From Lama guanicoe (Eukaryota): a DNA stretch of 64,000 nucleotides. The notes under the pieces were generated by a model. That model was not told the DNA's origin. It did no database searches and saw only the letters and a list, made by a program, of their open reading frames with translations. Position 1 is the first letter of the stretch. Each line of letters begins with the position of its first letter. Position numbers and translations under genes: made by a program. Positions 51,993 to 63,239 of the stretch are shown one piece after another. Where the stretch lies: contig MU057051.1 in the NCBI GenBank assembly GCA_013239625.1, forward strand, positions 1,361,603 through 1,425,602, read 5' to 3'.

Positions 51993-52379
51993 GTTTAAGT
52001 AAAGCAATGTTTTAGAGCTATTTCCACCTCTACTTTTACCCAAATCTAAGGTCTAGCTCCCCAAAGAGACATACGATATTGTCGTCCCTCCCTCCATTTG
52101 CATCCATATCTTAATTATCAAGAAAGGCAACACAAAGAATATGAAATAGTTCTTTGAGATTCCAGGGCAGCGGTCCAGCGCAGAGAGGAAATGCCAGTAA
52201 CCTCCCAACCAGGAAGGCGCCATCCCACCCCGCACCCGCTGAGCAGCCCCAGGGCGCGGGCAGGGGCGCCTGCGCATGCGTTAGTTCCGCCCCCCACAGG
52301 GCGGAGGGTGCGGGCGGGGGAGGGTGACGCCACGCCTCCGCTTCCGCCGGCTGCCGGGTCTGGAGGAGGTCGGGATGTT

Positions 52380-52604
52380 GCCACTTCCGCCGGGTCCGCT
52401 CTCTGCCTCCGGGTCAGCCACTGCCGCTGCCGCCGCTGCCGCTGCCGTTGCTGTTGCCGCTGTGGCCGGGGGACTAGCCCGGGTCTCACAGCTGTCGGAG
52501 GGGAGCGGGCTCCGCTCGGCACTACCTTCTGCGACCTGGCCGTCAGCCCTACGTCGCCGGGCTGGAGGGGCGAAGAAGACGAGGAGGCCAAGGCTTCCTC
52601 CGGG
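52380..52604 (+). other. BNIP2: BNIP2 exon 1 (5' UTR in the canonical model; start approximate)
   Basis: Consensus donor GGG|GTAAGT at 52604/52605 inside the CpG island. The TSS is inferred only from motif positions. Confidence 0.8.
52421..52467 (+). repeat. Imperfect (GCC/GCT)n trinucleotide repeat in exon 1
   Basis: ctgccgctgccgccgctgccgctgccgttgctgttgccgctgtggcc read directly. Confidence 0.85.
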
Positions 52605-54419
52605 GTAAGTGCGACTAGGGAAGGCTGAGCACGGCGGGTGTGAGCTGGGAACAGGCCTGGGGGGGCGGACGTCTGAGGGGCCCTTACCCAGGACCGTCCG
52701 AGGAAGGAAGCCCAGGGCGTTGTCCGTTGTGGCGAGCGCCATAGGAACTGCCTCGAGGCGCTTCCTGGATCCCCGCCCAGCTGAGGCCCCCGCCCTTGCC
52801 TGGGCTTCTGCTTGCTTTTGCCATCCTTGCTTCCCCTGTCTTCGTCCCACCCCTTTTCCGTTTGTGATGGTTTTGCGCCGCAGGGAACTTGCCTTCTCAG
52901 CCCCCTTCAAACTCCGCCGTCTGGATACGGTGACTGTGTCAAGTTGATCCCTTTTTGTCACCAGCGTCGGTCCTTGTGCAGAACAAAGAAACTTGGACGT
53001 CTAATGTGCTCCGCACCCTTGGGGAACAGACACGGAAGCGGCGTTTGTAATCAGGCTTTAATGGACTTTCCAACGCCCAAAGCCGAGTTCTGCGTGGATT
53101 CAGACACTACCTTGTACTTAAATACCTGGCAAAAGTGATTTGGGTTTCCTGGGGTGTATCTAATGTCACTGGAGGTATACTAGGTCAACTCAGAAATTTA
53201 TATGAGTCTGTTACGTTGCTTTGAACTTCCCCTAGTCTTCCTGTTCTGGGAGTCCTTTGAGGGCACGGCGCTTGCCATGTTCATCCAGGTAGTCATAGTG
53301 TCTTCCATATCGTTAGTGGAATGAAGTGTGTGGTTGCATTTTGGTGTTGCTTTTTTCGTCCTCTCTCTTTTTCATTAGGACCTTTATTTCTCCTAATGCT
53401 TAATTTTCAAATTAACCGCATTTTATCTCTAAAATTGTATAAGAATTTCTGCAATTTGTAAATGGATGTTTCCTCAGAATTGTAACTGAAGTTACCGTAT
53501 CTAGTTACCCTACAACATACTATCTTGATGATCTTGCACAGCTTTTCCTTAGTTCCGATCATTTAACGTTTTCTCTAAACTGTATTCTTTTCACAATCTC
53601 CTCTATTGCAGCCTAATATTATTGTTGGGTTTAGACAGGAAGTATGATAGGTCCACTTCTGCAAACCTGGGGGTTGAACTAGATGAGCATAAGTCAGTGC
53701 TATTGTAGTCTTACAGGACTTAGAAGCTATGTGTAAATCTGGCATTACGGGCTTATTCTTTATAAAGTTGCCAGTGAACTGGAGACAGTGTACTGTATTA
53801 AAAACAGTCTTGGTCTAATTTGGGAACCAAGATACAGTGTCATTTGTCTCTATTGTATAAGATAAAATGGGGATAAAAACACCGATGTTTTATATGACAC
53901 AAAATTTTTGGTTGGAACGTATGAGATGATGAATGTACAAGTGGTTAGTAAATGTGAGAAGCACTCTTTGGAAAGGTGGTTTTCTTCATTTCATCTGGAG
54001 TCATGCTGCTAGATAGAAAGAGCAGCAGTGGAGAAAGTCACCTAAGAAAGGAAGTGTATGTAAATATATTGGAATATCCGATAAACTGGTCTTGGCTGAC
54101 ATTGAATCAAAAGATGTCTTGAAGCTTACATTCTCTAAAGCAGAGTACTAGTATAATATGATGATAGTGATACTCCAAATTTACAACTTTTTATTAAACC
54201 TAATTGTAACTCTACAATGAAGTGTTAGAGATCAGTTATTAGACAATCTTAAAGATCTCAGAGCATCTCCAGTATGTTCTGCATACTTATAATATGATAA
54301 ATGTACCTTTTGTAGGTGGCATAATTATCCTGTGCTTTATTATCTTCACAATTTTGAGAAATGTCAAACCATTGTAATTCTTCTTGAACTTTGTGTTAAC
54401 ATCTCTGATAGAGTATCAC

Positions 54420-54812
54420 ATTTAATTGAGGTATATAATTGACATGATATTTTGTTTCAGGTGTACAACATTGAGGTATAATGGACATTGAACATATTAA
54501 TTTAAGGTGTACAGCATGAAGATTTGATATTTGTTTATATTGCAAAGTGATCGCCACAATAAGTCTAGTTAATATCCATCACCGTTCTTAGTTACACTTT
54601 TTTTCTTGTGATGAGAACTTTTAAGATTTACTCTCTTAGCAACTTTGAAATATCTAATACAGTAGTATTAGCTATAGTCACTGTGCTGTGCTGTACATTC
54701 CCAGGGCTTTTTTTTAGCTGGAACCCTGTTCCATTTGATCCCCTTCACCCATTTAACCTACCTCCCACCCCTTACCGCTGGCAACCAACAGTCTGTTCTC
54801 TGTGAGCTTGAC
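54420..54812 (-). mobile_element. L1MA-like 3' end in BNIP2 intron 1
   Basis: ttaattgaggtatataattgacat...taagatttactctcttagcaacttt...ctggcaacca. Confidence 0.85.
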
Positions 54813-56706
54813 TTTTTGGGGGGTTTGGTGTTTCTGTTAACTTGTGAGTCAGCAGTATTCTGATTTCCTTCAAAGTGGTTCTGCTTATATTGCTCCTTTC
54901 TTGTTTGTTTCCTGTTCCTACAGCTGCTGATGACAATGTGCTTCCAAGAGCAGTCCTCTCTCAATAAACTTTTTATCTGCCTAGGGTACTTTTTCCTCTA
55001 GAATTTGAAATGGTTAAGAGTGAATCTGTCTCTCCTCCTAGGTTCTGTTTAACTAGCTTAAATAATTATTCCCAAACTAGGTATCCATAACCGTATGCTG
55101 TGATGTATTAACATTACGAGATTCAATGATGTTAAAGTAAGAACTGAATGAATCAGCTGAGCGGGCTGAAGGACTCTGGCTTGCTGTGTATATTTTCACG
55201 TGATAGACTCGTTCAAGTGGTAAAGCAGCTAAAAGACATGGTTTGTCCTCTCGAATTTATCGAGATATGTATTTTCTCTTACAAACAAGGAATGATTTTA
55301 CCAACAGAAATTGATACTATGTGTAGATAGGTTGGGGCAAATGTTTCCACGACTCTTTTTGAGGGGTAAAACTTAACAGGAAGCCTATTTATATAGGGAA
55401 ATTAGAAAAATAAGCTTAAGAGATTGAGCAAAACACAGACACTTCAAAAAATTTCTAGTGTAACTTTGTCATTGTTCTGGAACATAATGGTTTTTTGTAC
55501 AACTTTGTGTGTCTTTTGAATGTTGTAATGACATAGTAGATAAGGCAACCATATAATATCACCACAAGTTATATATACATGGTTTTAAAAGTTAAATAAC
55601 TTAGAAAGATTTACTATGAAAAGCCTGATTTTCCCCATCCCACTTTCTTCCACTTTGTTATTAAAACTTCTAGTGATAATCTAGTAATACTTTTTCTCTC
55701 TGAAGAGTTGTGTGTTTTACTGCTTTTTTAGAAAATAACTTTAGCCATTTGTTGACTTACTCTAGTGTAAGTGAACTAAATAACTTGTTTATACCTCTTG
55801 GCCCCCAGAATTGTCACAGTTTTTGTTGCGCTGTTAACCAGTTGATCTTAATGACTTTTTAAGCAATATACTTATACCTCTATTTTTTATTTCATCAACC
55901 ATACCAAACTCTAGATCCTTCATTGTGTAAAATTAGGATACTGACACCTCCATCCTTCCTTGGAAAAACTAAAACTAAAATTTTTGGACCAAGGTAAAAC
56001 ATGTAGTTGCATTAGTAGAAATATTCGTTAAGTTCAGTATCCGAAAACTCACGTTAAACTGTATGAGAAAAGCTTGGTATAGATATGAAGCAAATCAAAA
56101 TGTAGCGTAATTCATTTACTGGACAGTTAATGAATAACCTTTAAGTGGCTCGGGAATTATGGCATTGGAACTGTGGAGAAGGAAATATAAAAGACCGCAC
56201 GACACTTGGCTCTCCTGAATTGTGAACATGTAAATGCTATTTACTATTATTTAGTTTCTAGAATTAACCTCTCCAGAGGACAGAAAATTTAATTATAGGT
56301 CTAGAGTAGAGAATGTATTTATTTAATTTTAGTATTTGTGTCCCTTTCCCCAGTTGCTTTTACATAATTTATAGTTCCTAATAAATGTTAAATCACATAC
56401 TTGAACACATATGCATATATGCAACTGGAAAGTATTTAATTGCACGATACCCTAATTACCAAACAGTGATTACTAGAATATATATACCCTGTTTTCTAAT
56501 TGGAAAAAAAAAAGTGGTAGTTGCAACCCAATAAATGTATTTCCTGACCCAGGGTGGAGGTGTGAGCTAAGGTATAAGATTTTTGTGTCTTTTCGGAAGA
56601 TAAAATGGAAAATAAGCTGTTAAAATTTTTTCCTCTTTTTTTTTTTCAGGACATTGGCTCTCTGGATTATCAGGAGCCTATAGTTGACATTGAGTCCAGG
56701 CTGAGG

Positions 56707-56756
56707 ATGGAAGGTGTAGAACTTAAGGAAGAATGGCAAGATGAAGATTTTCCAAT
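56707..56756 (+). CDS. BNIP2: BNIP2 exon 2 coding part (exon 56650-56756): [16 protein letters not shown](I)
   Basis: Poly-T acceptor ...ttttcag|G at 56649/56650. ATG at 56707 in aggATGG context. Donor AT|gtgag at 56756/56757. Peptide matches the N-terminus of BNIP2 as I recall it. Confidence 0.96.
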
Positions 56757-57784
56757 GTGAGCAATGCTTCCAAATGAAAACAAATTTAATACAAAATTTC
56801 ACAATTTCTTTATTGAGATGTCACTTATTAACTGAATATTGGGTTTCTTAAAGAAACTCAGTATTGAAAGGTGTGCATTTAATACTAGTAAACAAAAGTT
56901 CCTTTCTAATAGACTCATTCTCTTGTATCCCACTTTCTAACCAAATATGTATGTGATCTTCTATAATCTTTTCATTTTTGTTTTGGACACTCAAGTTTCA
57001 AATGTTTTACTGTTATAAACAGTGCTTTAATGTGGTATTTGTTAGAGTCAGTTTTCTGGGGAAAGGGAATCTTGAGTTGTCTGTAAGAACTGTTAAATTG
57101 CGTGCTTTATCTTAAGAAAAAAACATACTAAGTAAATAAGGAAGAGTTTTCTAGATTATCTGGCCAGGTATCGTGACACATTTGTATTTGTGTTTACAAC
57201 TCTGTTGGCACCAGTTGGGTGAAGAGAGAAAACGCAAAGGCAGAGCTTATATTTAAATGATGCTTCCATGACATGATGGTCAGAAGACCATCCAGTGCTC
57301 AAGAAGTTTCGTTGGCAGTTGGAATACTTAGCAGTTGGAATAGGGAGAGTACTCAGTTGTGTAGCACATCATGATAATAGTAGTGTAGAAGTGCTGAGCT
57401 CAAAAGTTATAGTCATATATTCTCATTGTGAGTGGCAGCTGAGCTTCGTCATCATACATAGGATCACACATCACGTTAAATTCATGCATTTGAAATATGT
57501 GTGTTTTGTAGGTGGCTAATGATTTTTATATTTGTTTTGTTGTATTTAAGAGCAGTTACAGAAGGAATTTATATCTTTTATGTGTTACTTATATAAATAT
57601 GTAAGTTAATTTGGGCAGTCTGAATTTTCTTTAACAGTGGTTTGTAAATTACTAAAGCTTAAGAAACATTGCTTAATTCAGTTTTCCACATAATTGTTTC
57701 TATAAGCTCTTTTAACAGATCTTTGAACTTGAAAAAAATTTATTTTTAATTTCTGGGTGAAAAAATTATATCTGTGTCTTCTAG

Positions 57785-57852
57785 ACCTTTACCGGAAGAT
57801 GATAGTATTGAAGCAGATATATTAGCTGTAACTGGACCAGAGAGTCAGCCTG
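57785..57852 (+). CDS. BNIP2: BNIP2 exon 3: (I)PLPEDDSIEADILAVTGPESQP(G)
   Basis: ttctag|A acceptor, G|gtaag donor, 68 nt, phase 2 to 1, consistent with neighbours. Contains IEAD, the granzyme B site described for human BNIP-2. Confidence 0.95.
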
Positions 57853-58324
57853 GTAAGAACCTGACACTTAGTTTCAGTGATATTATAGACTTTAAGTGTG
57901 CTATTTTTTTTAACACATTTCTTTAAGATAAAAAGATATACTCAGTTTTTGATCCATCATAAGGTGCCAAAGGATAAGTTAAATGTTTAGGAAAGCATTT
58001 TTGCAATGCTTTGGAAATTTAACTTTTCAAAAACATACGCTTGAGTTTCGGAAATTTCAACAAACGGGCGACAGGAGATCATTTTTAGTAGTGAGAGGGG
58101 ACTGTAAGGTATGCCTCTGTTATTTAAAAAGGCAGATCCTTGCTGGGATGTGTCATCTTGCTGTGATATAGAAGCAGGAGTGATCAGAATCCAAAGTTGA
58201 TAAATTAGTGCTTTGGAATTGTGTTTCATTAATGTTACCTTCTCAAGATATCTTTTCTCTTACTCAATTTGTGCATCTATGCATTTCTTCTAAATGTATC
58301 TTTCACTTTGTTTACCCATTCCAG

Positions 58325-58501
58325 GCTCAGTAGAAGTTAATGGCAATAAAGTAAGAAAGAAACTAATGGCTCCGGACATTAGCCTTACTCTGGATCCTAG
58401 TGATGGCTCTGTGTTGTCAGATGACTTGGATGAAAGTGGGGAGATTGACTTAGATGGCTTAGATACACCATCCGAGGACAGTAATGAATTTGAGTGGGAA
58501 G
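58325..58501 (+). CDS. BNIP2: BNIP2 exon 4: GSVEVNGNKVRKKLMAPDISLTLDPSDGSVLSDDLDESGEIDLDGLDTPSEDSNEFEWE
   Basis: ccag|GC acceptor, G|gtaaat donor, 177 nt. Lies in ORF 58294-58527. EWE(D) is the W-acidic kinesin-light-chain-binding motif type. Confidence 0.97.
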
Positions 58502-60154
58502 GTAAATGTCTCATTGTTTTTACCTGACCTTTATTAATGAATGTTTGTGCTCATATATCTACATGTTTCTGCAGTGGCATTTTCATATTAGGATAATTAG
58601 AAAACCTTAAAATATGATCATAAAGCCAACTAGAATCAATGATTAAGGGATTCTGTTGAAATATGATGTTATTCTTTTTAAAGTTCATATATTTGATATT
58701 AAGATATGAAATTCTGCTAGCACTGAATATCCTCATGGTCAAAACTCTTCATAGTAGTGGCTTTACTTTTAATTGCCCAGTGCTATAAAGTTATGTTTTT
58801 TCTTAATGTTGCTCTCAAATGCTTGGTAATTATGACATGTTCTTTTATTCAGTCAATCAACTAAGAAAAAAGCTTTGAAGAGACATATTCTTTGAGGAAT
58901 TGCTAGAAGTAGTTGAGGATTTGCAGAGGGACTTCTGAGGCATTTTTTTTAGGAAGATTTTTTTAAGTAGGTTTGCCTGATAGTGCAGCACTTTGTAAAC
59001 CAACTTGAATTGATGTATTCTCCTAGCCCCTTCCCTTATATTCCTTATTAGTTAATTTGGAATTGAAAGGAATTGGCATGTGTTTTGCTTTACATGCTTT
59101 CTTGAATTAGGTAATTACTGTATATAGTGTCTTTAAATAGTCATAATACTTTTTAATATATATATAATATTTCATTTTTAAAATGACTTTTACTTCAAAG
59201 CAGTGTTTAGCATTAGGTATGTTATCTGCAGTAAAGAACAAGATCCTTAACGTGCTATATCTTTTGTTCACTTTTTCTTCCCTATTTTACTGGTTCAATA
59301 AGTGGTCCAGTAATAAGCAATATTTTATAAAGATACTGAAATAGTTTTCTGCCTATGTGTTTTGTCTCTTCTTTCTTTAATGCTGCTGTAGTCATTTCCT
59401 GGAAGGATATTTTCCGTTAACAGCTTTGTCTTGGAAACAAACAACTAACATACAGTAGGTTTCCCTTCCCCCATCTTTTGGTAAGGACTATGATACTAAA
59501 ATTTTGAAAATCATTACTTGATTAAAAATCACCTAAAATGCAATCTTAAAATGTAAATTATACCTAATCAATGGTGCTTATGCTTTGGCTGATGTCCACT
59601 TAAAATAGCCTTCTGCATGTACACTTCAGAATATTGTCGATAATTTTCTACCTGATAAAACTGATCAAGTGAGAAATAATTATTGAACAGTTAACCACTT
59701 TCTATCTTGTATTAAAATGTTCGGGGAATAACTTTTGTGCTCAACAACAAAAATTATTTGGCCCCTGAATAGTTGCTTTCCGTAATCCATAATGGTACCT
59801 GTCAAGGACAGTGTTATAAGTAGAATCTGGAAAGGCATTGTGAGGCCAACTGTGATTTTCATGGCTCTATGAATTATCTTTTCTGAATTTGTGGATGGAC
59901 ATTGCACTTTGATTAAGTTCTTACTGAATTAGGCAATACAAAAAAAAGTTAAAGAACTATGATTTCCAGAAATATAATTGGCCTTATCAAGAGCAAGCCT
60001 TTTCCTCTGTTATACTAGAAATACTTTAAATTCCACAGAAGGTATGATGAAACATTCTCTGAGCAATCTAATTAGATAGTAAAGTGGTTAACATGTAATC
60101 TGATTTTTATTGCACAATAATAATCTGTGATTCAAAAACCTTTTATTTTGACAG

Positions 60155-60331
60155 ATGATCTTCCCAAACCTAAGACTACTGAAGTTATTAGGAAAGGCTC
60201 AATTACTGAATATTCAACAGCAGAAGAAAAAGAAGACGGACGACGCTGGCGTATGTTCAGAATTGGAGAACAGGACCACAGGGTTGATATGAAAGCAATT
60301 GAGCCCTATAAAAAAGTTATCAGCCATGGAG
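60155..60331 (+). CDS. BNIP2: BNIP2 exon 5: DDLPKPKTTEVIRKGSITEYSTAEEKEDGRRWRMFRIGEQDHRVDMKAIEPYKKVISHG
   Basis: gacag|AT acceptor, G|gtaag donor, 177 nt. Lies in ORF 60127-60351 and leads into the BCH/CRAL-TRIO domain. Confidence 0.97.
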
Positions 60332-60669
60332 GTAAGAGTTATGGAAGATAGTTCAGATTTTGTAATACAGTATCAGGGATCTGAATGCTTAGGGTCTCAC
60401 CCTTGAGACAGTGTAATTTTGAAAGCATAATAAACATTTATGATGTCATTTTAGAGATGTAACAGGTTTGAAGTGAAAGGATAAAACCAACATTTAAAGT
60501 TCAACAGGTGTGCAGTGAGAGCTGCCTCCCTCCCAGCCCTGTCCTCTATCTGTAGTTACCCCAAACTGGAACTTGACTTTCTCTCCTTTTAATCCATTTA
60601 TAATTTATATACAGTGAAACACTCTAATCCTCTTTTTTTTTTTTTTGAGTATTTGCAAATTCCGTCCCC

Positions 60670-61225
60670 CCCCCAGCTTCATTAAGATAAAACTGACATA
60701 AAACGTTACGTTTAAGGGGTAAAACACATTCATCTGATAACATTATATATTGCAAGTGGTTACCACCGTAGCACTAGCTAACACCTGCATCACATCACGT
60801 AATTACCATTTCTTTTTTGTGTTGGAAACATTTAAGATCTACTCTTTCGGCAGCTTTCAAGTACATAATACATGATTTGTTTTGCTGCTTTTTTGGGGGG
60901 AGGTGGTAATTAGGTTCATTTATTTACTTAATGGAGGCACTAGAGATTGAACCCAGGACCTCATGCTGAATACACACTCTACCACTGAGCTGTACCCTAC
61001 TCCCAATATTGTTAACTACAGTCACCACATTGTACATTAGTCCCCAGAATTTACCCATCTTCTAACTGGAAGTTTGTACTTTGACCAACATCTCCTCTGT
61101 CCCCTCATCCCCCAGTCCCTAGTAACCACCATTCTATTCTCTGTTTCTGTGAGTTCAGTTTTCAGATTTTAGGTACACATGACATACAGTATTTGTCTTT
61201 CTTGTTTCCAACTTATTTCACTTGG
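60670..61225 (-). mobile_element. L1MA-like 3' end in intron 5, interrupted by a SINE
   Basis: catttaagatctactctt...ctacagtcaccacattgtacattag...taaccaccattctattctctgtttctgtgagtt. Confidence 0.85.
60878..61004 (-). mobile_element. tRNA-derived SINE (Vic-1-like)
   Basis: ggtaattaggtt...atggaggcactagagattgaacccaggacc...ctctaccactgagctgtaccc. Confidence 0.9.
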
Positions 61226-61229
61226 AAAT

Positions 61230-61690
61230 GCTCTAGTCTTAAGTGTATACATATACAGTTCACTGAGTTTTGACAAATGCCCATATAACCATATACCCAT
61301 ATAATCTACACCCCCTAGACAGAACATTTTCATTGCCCCAGAAAATTCTCTATTACTCCCTCTCAATGAGTACCGTCTCTCCATTAACCACTATGCTGAT
61401 ACCTACACTATGATTAGTTTTGCCTGTTACAGAATTTAATGTAAGTGTAGTCATTTAGTATATACTCTTTTGTCTGCTTCTTTCGCTCAGCATGATCATT
61501 TTGAAATTCATCTGTGTTGTAACGTGTATCTGTAGTTCACTCTTTGTTACTACGGAGTGGCACTACATCGTGTGGATAAGCCAGTATGCTTATCCATACT
61601 TTTTTTTAATGGACATGTGAGTTGTTTCCAGTTTGAAGTGTTATGATTACAACTGCCATGAACATTCTTGTACAAATCTTTTGTGGATAT
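61230..61690 (-). mobile_element. L1MB/MC-like 3' fragment
   Basis: gagttttgacaaatg...gaacattttcattgccccagaaa...atgaacattcttgtacaaatcttttgtggat. Confidence 0.8.
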
Positions 61691-62676
61691 AAATAAAACC
61701 TGGCCTTCTAAAATACTACTCTTTACCCTAAAATCCAGAGCAAATCATTTAACTTTACCACAAAGTAGAGAATTTGTTCATTCCACACTTTTATGAAACA
61801 CCTACTTTACATATTTGAGGGATATACAAAATTAAGGCTTTGTTCCTTTACAATTTTGCAAGTGAAATAGGAAAAGCTATGAAGTGCAGTTGTAACTTCT
61901 GTCAGTCTGACTGTGCTGTATATGGTCTACCTCAGCACTTTGTAAACAGTGCCAGGATGCTAGCAGTAGTCAGAATGCAACTTACTCTGTAGAGCATGTC
62001 ATATTACCTGAAATCCTAATGCAGGACAGGAGGCCACGTAGGTGCAGCGGGTTAGCTATTTCAGGTAGAGTCATTTCCGCTTAATTTACTCTTTACCCAG
62101 TGCATTCTTCTGCTTATTTCTGTAGTCTTCATTTATCTGAAAGCAAATCACTTGAATATTTGCAGTTACATTATTCTGCCTAATTTAATCTTATTCAGAT
62201 GAAGAAAACAGGATAATATGGATCAGAAGGTCCACAGACACTCATTAATCCAGCCAGCTCATTGGAAGCAAGTTGTGAGACCTGCCTCATGGTTTAAACC
62301 TAATGTCTTTTAGAAATAGCGCTATATTTTTCTTGGGGGAAAGTAATTAGGGCCTTTTTATCCTATTGAATTACCACAATGTGTTTTGTGACAAAGGGAT
62401 TAAGAAAGATAGTGAAGATTCTGATGTACTTGAAATGATCTAACCTTTTCAGTGCATGTTTGTAAATAATGGAAATAAAAGTCAAAGCAAAAATATCTGT
62501 CGCTGATTACAGCTTAATATCTGTATTATAATTAAAACAAACATTTTAAAGATTATAATTAAAACACATTTCAGCACTGTTTTTCTTCCTCTTAGAATTA
62601 TATCAGAGGTATAATCTTTTCTTAGTTGTAATACCCTAACATCTGCAAAATGTTAGACATCATTGAATGTAAAACT

Positions 62677-62780
62677 ATTTACTTTTTTTTTTTAGTACTG
62701 TCAGTTACAGTGTGTCAATTTCTGGTGTACAGCAGAATGTCCCAGTCAGGCATATCCGTACATATATTCGTTTTCATATT
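62677..62780 (-). mobile_element. ~100-bp young L1 3' tail
   Basis: Poly-T, gtcagttacagtgtgtcaatttctggtgtacagcagaatgtcccagtc...ttcgttttcatatt, flanked by taaaact on both sides. Confidence 0.88.
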
Positions 62781-63136
62781 TAAAACTTTTTTAAAAAGCA
62801 ACCACTTTAAGTATAGGTTGCATAAGATTTTGTTGGGGATGTTGCTGTATTGTGTCTGCTTAGATTATATCACTATCTACGTGCTAAAATAAGACTGGCT
62901 TTCTGAGTATACTAATTTAAGTGAGTTTCAGGTTTTTATGCTCACCCTTCCCCTTCAGATTTTATTCTCTTTTTGAGAAGAGGAGATATAAAGATCTCTA
63001 CAAGACTATACGGTCAGAACAGAAAATGTATTTTTGATTCAGAAACGTGTAGACTATATCAACCATAATCGGTATCTTCTGAACACTCTTCAGGGTAGAA
63101 CCGTGCTGATGATTTTGTCTTCGGATTGTTTTTCAG

Positions 63137-63239
63137 GATATTATGGGGATGGATTAAACGCCATCGTTGTGTTTGCTGTCTGTTTTATGCCCGAAAGTGG
63201 TCAGCCTAACTATAGATACCTGATGGACAATCTCTTTAA
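63137..63239 (+). CDS. BNIP2: BNIP2 exon 6: [34 protein letters not shown](K)
   Basis: tttcag|GA acceptor, AA|gtaagt donor, 103 nt. BCH domain. Confidence 0.97.

Larger units (their letters stand above)
52180..53100 (+). promoter_or_regulatory. BNIP2: CpG island / TATA-less promoter of BNIP2
   Basis: Abrupt GC- and CpG-rich block. NRF1-type TGCGCATGCG 52271-52280; GC boxes TTCCGCCCC 52285-52293, GGGCGGAG 52299-52306, GGGCGGGG 52312-52319; CRE half-site GTGACGC 52324-52330; ETS/GABP CTTCCG 52341-52346 and CACTTCCGC 52382-52390. Confidence 0.9.

Noticed and set aside
52281-52961. 226-aa antisense ORF (and 157-aa ORF 52118-52591) over the CpG island
   Set aside because: Low-complexity R/A/P/G composition expected from GC-rich DNA; no recognisable domain.
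62526-62572. Short tandem duplications (here; 4223-4242; 34313-34345; 31042-31112)
   Set aside because: Ordinary slippage-type duplications with no spacer-array or CRISPR-like structure.
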